This document shows, in pieces, positions 57,210 through 64,000 of a DNA stretch of 64,000 nucleotides. The DNA comes from an uncultured virus (IMG/VR IMGVR_UViG_3300020294_000004) (taxonomy: Duplodnaviria > Heunggongvirae > Uroviricota > Caudoviricetes > Crassvirales). The stretch lies in the IMG/VR virus record IMGVR_UViG_3300020294_000004; one strand, 5' to 3'. Position 1 is the first letter of the stretch, and the number at the start of each line of letters is the position of its first letter. Made by a program: the position numbers and the translations under genes. Under the pieces are notes generated by a model. The model was not told the origin of the DNA and ran no database searches. It saw nothing but the letters and a program-made list of their open reading frames with translations.

Positions 57210-58490
57210 TTAATTAAACGTTTTTCTTTTTATTTTTAACTTTGAAGAATCAACACCACTAATTGCTTTTACTTTTAAACCATTTACAAATAATTCACCT
57301 GAAGCTGTTTTACGAGGTTCAGTTGTTATATTTTTAGATTTAGCCATCTGTTCTTTTAATGCATCAGTTTTACCTTGTTCATAAAAGTGATTAGCAATAG
57401 TATCAGCATTTCGTGCAGCAAATAAAGCTTTGTGGTATCCTTTAGCGTCAGTTACATCTCCTTTTTCATTTAAGAACGTCTTAATAAAGTTTGATATATT
57501 ACTTTGACTTTGGGCCACTGATGAAGGGTCTTTAATACCATATCTGAATTTTTTTTCTCCTAATTTAAAATCAAAACCTTTGAATTCTTCGTTGAGAAGG
57601 TTTTTTGTTTCAGATACAAACCTTTCATGACTAGCTTCACGTGCTTTTTGTTCTTCATTATAGCGATTAAAAAAGTCATTAGCTTTTTGTTGGTCCTGTG
57701 TTATGCCGGGTCTCAACTTGATTTCGTCATAATACTTTGTTTTTAGGTCCTCTAAATAGTTTTTGGCTTTTGCTATCTCTTCTTTATAAGCAAGTTTTTT
57801 CTTTTTTATATCTCGCTCATCATCCACCTCAGTATCAAATCTAAAAGAATCTTCAATTATAAAGTTTCTTTCTTCAGCGTCTAAATGAGGTTTAGCTTGT
57901 TTATAATATTCATGAAGTAATACATCATTATTTACGTTTGTATAATCAGCATTTAAACGGGCATAATCTTGTACGTCACCACCCGTTTCTTCCATGAATT
58001 TTATTAATTTTTCTATGTTTTCAGGTAACTTTTGTGTTTCAGTTTCCTGTGATATTTTTTCTTGTTTCGATGTGGTAGCGGTAGTTTCATCGCTTCCTGC
58101 CACTCTTGTCTTGTCAGTATTATCTTCTTCATCTGTTATTAATTGTAAAGGTGAATCAGATTCTTCTTTTATTTCTTCAGATTCTTTTTTATCTGTAACA
58201 TCTTGAATGGTGTCTTGTACTTGTTCGTCCACCTTAGCGCTATCTCCGGCTTGTTCGCCCACATCCACCTTCTTTGTTTCTCCGACTGGAATGGCATCTT
58301 CTTTTGGTTTTTTAGTTAAATCTACTTTTACTAAATCAGGTATTATTTTTTCTTCACCTAATTGTTTTGGCTTAGTTACTTTTTTTATTTTAAAACTACC
58401 TTCTTCTTTTGGAGGTGTTGTATTTGTAGCTTGTTCTTGTTTAGTTTCTTTTACAGGTTCTTCAACCATTACTTCTTCTTTTTGTGACAT
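57210..58490 (-). CDS. capsid scaffolding protein
   Basis: Acidic disordered N-half and helical C-half, between portal and MCP; start placed at MSQKEE. Confidence 0.7.
   Translation of the reverse strand: MSQKEEVMVEEPVKETKQEQATNTTPPKEEGSFKIKKVTKPKQLGEEKIIPDLVKVDLTKKPKEDAIPVGETKKVDVGEQAGDSAKVDEQVQDTIQDVTDKKESEEIKEESDSPLQLITDEEDNTDKTRVAGSDETTATTSKQEKISQETETQKLPENIEKLIKFMEETGGDVQDYARLNADYTNVNNDVLLHEYYKQAKPHLDAEERNFIIEDSFRFDTEVDDERDIKKKKLAYKEEIAKAKNYLEDLKTKYYDEIKLRPGITQDQQKANDFFNRYNEEQKAREASHERFVSETKNLLNEEFKGFDFKLGEKKFRYGIKDPSSVAQSQSNISNFIKTFLNEKGDVTDAKGYHKALFAARNADTIANHFYEQGKTDALKEQMAKSKNITTEPRKTASGELFVNGLKVKAISGVDSSKLKIKRKTFN
58013..58132 (-). CDS. overprinted (+1) small basic protein within the scaffold gene
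   Basis: MKKIILTRQEWQEAMKLPLPHRNKKKYHRKLKHKSYLKT. Confidence 0.6.
   Translation of the reverse strand: MKKIILTRQEWQEAMKLPLPHRNKKKYHRKLKHKSYLKT
58169..58297 (-). CDS. overprinted (+1) small basic protein within the scaffold gene
   Basis: MPFQSEKQRRWMWANKPEIALRWTNKYKTPFKMLQIKKNLKK. Confidence 0.7.
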   Translation of the reverse strand: MPFQSEKQRRWMWANKPEIALRWTNKYKTPFKMLQIKKNLKK

Positions 58491-58515
58491 AATATAATAA
58501 TATAAAATTAATAAT

Positions 58516-60933
58516 CTATTGTGGAGCAAACTGCTCTAAACCAAATCCATCTAAATTATCATTACCAGCACTTTCAAAATTTACAGGTAATGTATCATTT
58601 TGTCTTTGATTTATTAATTCACTCTCTTGAGTTCCTTGCATTTGTACGCGTTTGTCTTTTCTATCTTCTATTTCTGTTTCTTTTTGACGTTTTGTTTGAG
58701 ATCTCATTTCTTCAAGCTGTATGTTATATCTAAATTCTTCAGCCATTAATTGTTTTTTAATTAATGCTTCTTGTTCCATACGTTGTATCTCAAATTGAGA
58801 TTTTGCTTGTTCTATTTGAACTTCGGTATCAGCTAATGCTTGGTTTTTTTGTACTTCTGCCATTGCAGCTTTTTCAGCTGACTGTGCATTGGCAGCTGCT
58901 TGAGCTTGTATATTTTCTAATTGTTGTGCTCTGTCTTTTTCTTGCTTTTGTTTTTGCCTTAACTTAAGCATTTGATTAGCAAGTTTAATATTTTTTATTT
59001 CTCTTAAATCTATTGCATCTTCTAAACCTATATTTTTAGCTTGTAATGCAATTTGTATACTTTGTTCTAGTTGAGCTTTTTCTTCTTCATCAGGTTCAAG
59101 TTCTAAAAATATACCAAAATCATGTAAAGATAATTTTTCAACTTCTTCTAATGTTGCTGTATTAAAACCATTTATACTGTTTATTAAAGACTGTTTAGTT
59201 GTTGGAAACTGTAACATATCTGATACTCTTAAACTAATATTTTCACAAACTCTTACAGTTAAATACATTAATGCTTGTAACACATGTCTTGTAGCTGTAT
59301 TAGAATTAGCAGCTGCAAGCTTTTGTAAACCAACTAAAGCATTTTTATCAGGCGTGCTACCATCTCTTGCTTCATTAAGCCCGGTTACATCTCTTATCAT
59401 TTGTAAATAATATTGATAAGTTTGTATCATTGACTGTATTTTAGACATGCCTGAAGACGTCTGTAATTCTTGCACCGGTACTTTACCTCTATTTAAATCA
59501 CCATCTTGAGTTAAAGATCTTCCTACTACACTACCTGTTTGAAAATACATATTTAACGCTTCAGCAGGATTATAATTTGTACCATTACCTAAATCAACTT
59601 CGGCTAACCCATCAACATCTAAATAAACACCATCAGGTACTAACCTTGATATTACTTGTTGTAGTTTTAAATGAGTTAATTGAATCATATCTGCAAATCC
59701 AACTGTTTTACTTACAATAGATTCTATACGGCCTTGATACATTCTAGGTGAACTAATAACGTAATTCATATTAACTTTAGTCGTATCACCAAAAGGCCTT
59801 GTCATGTTTTCACTTAATTCCCATTTTAAAAGATTATTACCAAGACCTAAAACTTTAGCTCCAGTATATAATACTTCTATTGATCTTGATATTCTATTAA
59901 AGTTATCACTAGGTGGTGGATTAAATGTATCTGGTTTTTCTAATGTTTTTTCTAAACCTTGTTCTGTTTGTTTTATTTTAAAAACTTGATCTTGATAAGT
60001 TTTATATTCAAAATATAATATTTGTACTTGATCTTTAGTGTCTTGGCCCCACCAAGTGTTTTCTAGATATGTATTTCTACCAGGGTATTTTTGTATTTCT
60101 TCTAATTCTGAATCTGTTAAATAAGGAAATTGTCTTTTAACTTCTGATAATGACATACTTTTAACCTCACCTACATAATATATATCTTCAAAATTTGGAT
60201 CATCAGTATATGAATATACTAAATTAGCTGGATTTACATAATCTATAGTTATTCCTTCAGATAAATTAAAATCAGTTTTAACACAACCTATACCTAAAAC
60301 AGTTAGATCGTATGCTAATTGTTTTTTTACTTGATCATATTTATTATAGTCTAAAATATTATTTATAACTTCTTCTTCTGCTATTTCAACACTTTGTTTA
60401 AAGTTTAATTGTAAATAAAGATCTAATTCTTCTGTAGTTCCTGGTAAATCATCTGGTGATGCTGAAGCAAATAAATTAGCATTAGGGCCTAATTGAGCTT
60501 GTAATGCTTCAATCATTTCTTTATTTTCAATATCTCTTATAGCATTTTGAGCAAATGTAGTTTTATTTTTTATAGCAAATGGATCTTGAGCAAAAGATTT
60601 TATTTCATAACCTTTTTGTGTCATACCATTTACTACTATATCTACAAACTTAGATAATATTGGTACAGGCTTCCAATCTAAATTTAAATAAGATAAATCA
60701 CCATTTATAGCTAATTCATCTTTATATTTTTGTACTGGTTGTTCTCCTCTAGCGTAAAGTCTTAGTCTATTAAAATTTTGAAAATTATTAATATATCTAT
60801 TTTGACCACTAGAGTTTTTAAACCACTCATATTCAATTGCTTGGGCTACTTGTAAACCATACTCTTTTGACTTTTTCTCTTCTTCAGGTACCACCTGATC
60901 TGGAAAAGCACTGTTATAGTTAATATTAACCAT
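58516..60933 (-). CDS. portal protein
   Basis: 805 aa directly after terminase; LDWKPVPI..KFVDIVVNG, TGLNEARDG, Q-rich C-terminal coil. Confidence 0.8.
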   Translation of the reverse strand: MVNINYNSAFPDQVVPEEEKKSKEYGLQVAQAIEYEWFKNSSGQNRYINNFQNFNRLRLYARGEQPVQKYKDELAINGDLSYLNLDWKPVPILSKFVDIVVNGMTQKGYEIKSFAQDPFAIKNKTTFAQNAIRDIENKEMIEALQAQLGPNANLFASASPDDLPGTTEELDLYLQLNFKQSVEIAEEEVINNILDYNKYDQVKKQLAYDLTVLGIGCVKTDFNLSEGITIDYVNPANLVYSYTDDPNFEDIYYVGEVKSMSLSEVKRQFPYLTDSELEEIQKYPGRNTYLENTWWGQDTKDQVQILYFEYKTYQDQVFKIKQTEQGLEKTLEKPDTFNPPPSDNFNRISRSIEVLYTGAKVLGLGNNLLKWELSENMTRPFGDTTKVNMNYVISSPRMYQGRIESIVSKTVGFADMIQLTHLKLQQVISRLVPDGVYLDVDGLAEVDLGNGTNYNPAEALNMYFQTGSVVGRSLTQDGDLNRGKVPVQELQTSSGMSKIQSMIQTYQYYLQMIRDVTGLNEARDGSTPDKNALVGLQKLAAANSNTATRHVLQALMYLTVRVCENISLRVSDMLQFPTTKQSLINSINGFNTATLEEVEKLSLHDFGIFLELEPDEEEKAQLEQSIQIALQAKNIGLEDAIDLREIKNIKLANQMLKLRQKQKQEKDRAQQLENIQAQAAANAQSAEKAAMAEVQKNQALADTEVQIEQAKSQFEIQRMEQEALIKKQLMAEEFRYNIQLEEMRSQTKRQKETEIEDRKDKRVQMQGTQESELINQRQNDTLPVNFESAGNDNLDGFGLEQFAPQ

Positions 60934-63155
60934 TAATTTAGTATTTTTGAAGTTACTCCTTTATTATTATACTTTTTAAAGTCTAAAGGTAAATTATTTA
61001 TAGTTCTTTTTACTGTTGGTGTATATCTGTTTTTATTACAAGCCATAATAGCTAAGCCAGAACTTATGGAAGCATCGTGTTTAGTTCTATTATTTATATT
61101 AAACTTAGCCCAGTCTTCTAGTGTTCTTTGAAAATACATATCACCATATCTTTCATTATTAAATCCAATAAAATTTTCAATATAATCTTCTATCGCAGCT
61201 GCATGTGCTTGTTTTATATCTTCACTTGAATTAGGTATACCACCTATTTCTCTTTCTGTAACAGATAATTTATTATATACTTTATCAGGACGATTCATAG
61301 AATAACCTCTATAACCTCTTCTTTTTAAATAATATAATAATCTAGGTTTATTATTTTCTGCAAGTAATGGCATACCATAAAAAACTAAAGCCATTAAAAC
61401 ATCTTCAAAAAATATTTCTGCTGTTTGAGGTCTTGCAATATATTCTAAAAAAAATAAATTAGGTGGTACATCTTCCATTGAAAACTTAGTTAAACCATGT
61501 AAAGAAGCTTTTGAACCTCTACCATCAACTGTTCCTGAAATATCATATGGATCACAACCAAAAGCACCAGTATGATCGTTACCTGGATATTTAACACCAT
61601 TTTTTATAATATACTTGTTTTGTAAATTATCATTAGGTACCCAAGAAACTAAAAATCTACCATTATTATTAGGAATAAATATAACTCTACTATCTTTAAT
61701 CCCATTTTCCCATTGAAAATTACCTTTTGTAATTACATTTGTATTTCTTAAATCTTCATTATAATCAATTTGTTCATAAATTTTAGTTAGATTAAATAAA
61801 GATTGTTTTGCTTCATCTCTAAAAGCGTGTTTTTCTGTTCTAGGAAATTGTCTATAAAATTCATTTAAACCGTCTTGATCATTTTTTAAACCTTCAACTT
61901 CGTTTTCCCAGTGTGAGATAACGCCAATTTCAATGTTGGATCCGTCAATACTTTTGACCGGTTTTTTTGGAGTTTCGAATACAGGAAACCCATAAGTATT
62001 AAGGTATCCTTCGTAGTTCCATTCCATAGGTATGAACAAACTATATAATCCTGAATTAGTCTGTCCGTTGCGGTTTCTTTTTGTAACATCTGACGCATCA
62101 TATAATTTTTTAAAATTATTACCTCCTTTATCTAAAGCATTAGATGTAGATCCCATCATACACCTACCTATAATTCTACTACCTAATCTTAGCGTTGTCT
62201 TCGTGACCCTCCAGTTGTTGAGGATGTTATCTGGCCTCTCCCACTTGCCCGATTCATCGTGTGCGAGGAGTTTGAGTTTCTCCCCGTCGTATGAGTTGTC
62301 ACCGGTATTCTTCCAGTCGATCGTGGTATCGAGCCCAACGAGTTCCTCGGGACGTTCATTCTGATCGATCTTACGCCTTGTGAACTTCGACGCGGGTACA
62401 CGATATGCAAGTTCCGTTTTGGGACGATCCATACCGTCCTGTATCGGTTTAAAAAAGAATGGGTAATTAACGGATATTGGTACCACTTTGTCTGTAAACA
62501 TTTTCTTCGCATCTGCTCCAGTCTTTGATAATATCCCGTACCGTGAATCACTAGATATTGTTGCCTGGTGTACGAGTTCTGATGAGGCCATAAAAGAAAA
62601 TCCCGATCTTCTATTCTTGAGATAGCACATTCCATAGGATCTGGTATCAAGTTTACAGGCTTCCCAAAATATGAAAAAGATTCTATTGGCTTCTCTGAAT
62701 TCCGCGTTGCCAACATCAATTTTTGTCCACTGCAAGTACATATAATGAGACCCAGTAATATAGCTAGGAATACCTTTGTTATAGAAACAAAAGCCTTCTT
62801 CACGTCTTTTAAACTCTTCGTCAATATAATCATACCAAGTATTTTTAAAATCTAATGATGTTTGGTTCCAATCAAAAACTGTTTTAAGTTTTGATAATTG
62901 TTTTGGGTACTCAAATATTTCCCAATATTGATCTGTTTTATTTACAGATCTTTTATATACATTTTCACTTAAAGGTAAAGCTATTTTTAAACCCTGTATT
63001 TCATATATTTCACCTATTTTACCTGTTTTACTTATAACAACTACATCGTGTTCTTTGTTATAACCTGGTTCCCATTTTTTATACCTATTATTATTTTTTA
63101 TAATTTTAGGTTTTATATGATTAGGTAAAATTTTATATAAAGTGTTTGTATACAT
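60933..63155 (-). CDS. terL: terminase large subunit
   Basis: Walker A-like KNRRSGFS, Walker B HDESGK, GST, nuclease GCDPYD...ENN...HD. Confidence 0.88.
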   Translation of the reverse strand: MYTNTLYKILPNHIKPKIIKNNNRYKKWEPGYNKEHDVVVISKTGKIGEIYEIQGLKIALPLSENVYKRSVNKTDQYWEIFEYPKQLSKLKTVFDWNQTSLDFKNTWYDYIDEEFKRREEGFCFYNKGIPSYITGSHYMYLQWTKIDVGNAEFREANRIFFIFWEACKLDTRSYGMCYLKNRRSGFSFMASSELVHQATISSDSRYGILSKTGADAKKMFTDKVVPISVNYPFFFKPIQDGMDRPKTELAYRVPASKFTRRKIDQNERPEELVGLDTTIDWKNTGDNSYDGEKLKLLAHDESGKWERPDNILNNWRVTKTTLRLGSRIIGRCMMGSTSNALDKGGNNFKKLYDASDVTKRNRNGQTNSGLYSLFIPMEWNYEGYLNTYGFPVFETPKKPVKSIDGSNIEIGVISHWENEVEGLKNDQDGLNEFYRQFPRTEKHAFRDEAKQSLFNLTKIYEQIDYNEDLRNTNVITKGNFQWENGIKDSRVIFIPNNNGRFLVSWVPNDNLQNKYIIKNGVKYPGNDHTGAFGCDPYDISGTVDGRGSKASLHGLTKFSMEDVPPNLFFLEYIARPQTAEIFFEDVLMALVFYGMPLLAENNKPRLLYYLKRRGYRGYSMNRPDKVYNKLSVTEREIGGIPNSSEDIKQAHAAAIEDYIENFIGFNNERYGDMYFQRTLEDWAKFNINNRTKHDASISSGLAIMACNKNRYTPTVKRTINNLPLDFKKYNNKGVTSKILN
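61886..62101 (-). CDS. possible overprinted (+1) ORF within terL
   Basis: 71-aa ATG ORF in the same +1 frame as 62189..62833. Confidence 0.3.
   Translation of the reverse strand: MMRQMLQKETATDRLIQDYIVCSYLWNGTTKDTLILMGFLYSKLQKNRSKVLTDPTLKLALSHTGKTKLKV
62189..62833 (-). CDS. putative overprinted (+1) membrane/lipoprotein within terL
   Basis: 214 codons without a stop; strong GC rise at about 62190-62480; basic-hydrophobic-Cys N-terminus. Confidence 0.55.
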   Translation of the reverse strand: MIILTKSLKDVKKAFVSITKVFLAILLGLIICTCSGQKLMLATRNSEKPIESFSYFGKPVNLIPDPMECAISRIEDRDFLLWPHQNSYTRQQYLVIHGTGYYQRLEQMRRKCLQTKWYQYPLITHSFLNRYRTVWIVPKRNLHIVYPRRSSQGVRSIRMNVPRNSLGSIPRSTGRIPVTTHTTGRNSNSSHTMNRASGRGQITSSTTGGSRRQR

Positions 63156-63427
63156 TATCTAGATCTTCCTTCAGCAAAACCTCCAAAATTAGAAGCTTTA
63201 GTATTTTTATTAATAGAATTAATTATATTTTCTTCTTCTTCAATTCTTGATAGTATTTCAAAAGCATCAAATATAGCTAATTTTTTTGTAGCAGCAGCGT
63301 TTTTTAATCTGTCAGCTGATACATCATCTTCTGAATCTACAATTTTTTCTTTAGCTACTTTTATTAATTCTTCAACTGCTTTTTGCCCAGCTTGGATTAT
63401 ACGTTTTTTGGTTTTGTTTATTTCCAT
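63155..63427 (-). CDS. small helical protein upstream of terL (terminase small subunit candidate)
   Basis: ATG at 63427; RLKNAAATKKLAIFDAFEIL; position. Confidence 0.5.
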   Translation of the reverse strand: MEINKTKKRIIQAGQKAVEELIKVAKEKIVDSEDDVSADRLKNAAATKKLAIFDAFEILSRIEEEENIINSINKNTKASNFGGFAEGRSR

Positions 63428-63974
63428 ATTTAAATAAAATATCATTTGATTCCATACAGTATAAAAGTTCATTATCAATAACAAACTCAAATTCTCTATT
63501 ACTTTTAAACCCAACTAGATCTCCTGTGTTAATTTTAAGGGCTTCTAACGTGCTGTTTGTATATTTTAATACTCCAGTATTTTTTATTAATTTGGTATCT
63601 TTATATACATCTTTTTCTAATACTGGTTTTACAAAACAATAATCTGCGTTTGTTTTCCACCCTTTTTTATAATACATATAAATTTGAGATGGATGTGCAA
63701 AATATAAATTGTCTTTAAAAAACTTAGTACTATTTACTGATTTGCCTTTTAAATTATAATACCTTCTAAATAAATTATGATGTACTATAACTTTGTCACC
63801 TTTTTTTATATTTGTTTTATAAGCAAGAGGTGCAGCAACTATTTCAGCATGTCTATTTATAAATTTATGATTTGATATACTTGAGTTAAGTATAAGTTCT
63901 GTGTTGTTGATTTTTAATTTATTATTATATCTTTCACCTATAGGTTTTATAATAAATTGATATATACTATTCAT
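63372..63974 (-). CDS. tandem GroES-like fold protein
   Basis: Two repeats of F(I/V)KP...GD.V... ending EF.ID.E.LYCM...DI. Confidence 0.5.
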   Translation of the reverse strand: MNSIYQFIIKPIGERYNNKLKINNTELILNSSISNHKFINRHAEIVAAPLAYKTNIKKGDKVIVHHNLFRRYYNLKGKSVNSTKFFKDNLYFAHPSQIYMYYKKGWKTNADYCFVKPVLEKDVYKDTKLIKNTGVLKYTNSTLEALKINTGDLVGFKSNREFEFVIDNELLYCMESNDILFKYGNKQNQKTYNPSWAKSS

Positions 63975-64000
63975 TAATATTCTAAATCATATTCAACCGA

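Noticed and set aside
57560..57680. Third +1 ORF in the scaffold gene (MTFLIAIMKNKK..., 39 aa)
   Set aside because: Short, with no recognisable motif and only a weak codon shift; compatible with chance.

Overview
AT-rich (roughly 30% GC by eye) 64-kb segment, probably most of the genome, of a lytic podovirus-like phage. The host is likely marine Bacteroidota/Flavobacteriia, inferred from A-rich translation starts without Shine-Dalgarno sites and from gene content. Layout: minus-strand late genes at 1-17991 (small basic proteins, GroES/GroEL, six tail-fibre-like genes); a divergent control region at about 18.0-18.5 kb; plus-strand early and replication genes at 18.5-34.5 kb (tiny ORFs, DnaA-domain-IV-like protein, initiator tRNA-Met, sigma factor, ERF and exonuclease, SSB, primase-helicase, T4 gp42-like dCMP hydroxymethylase, MazG-like enzymes, endonuclease I, class I RNR); and minus-strand morphogenesis genes at 34.6-64 kb (endolysin, internal virion proteins, tail, capsid, scaffold, portal, terminase). 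No integrase or DNA polymerase was seen. Highlights: (1) a hidden layer of +1-frame overprinted ORFs inside scaffold, terminase, RNR and primase genes, marked by local GC-rich codon shifts; (2) a 2109-aa virion protein that looks like a polyprotein, with zincin, sigma-region-2-like and PD-(D/E)XK modules separated by repeated KFS[RK]S motifs; (3) two classes of phage-specific promoter motif, suggesting a two-sigma cascade with leaderless transcripts; (4) a cytosine-modification cassette; (5) TGACA repeat arrays linked to an HTH gene. All family assignments come from motif recognition by eye, not database searches.
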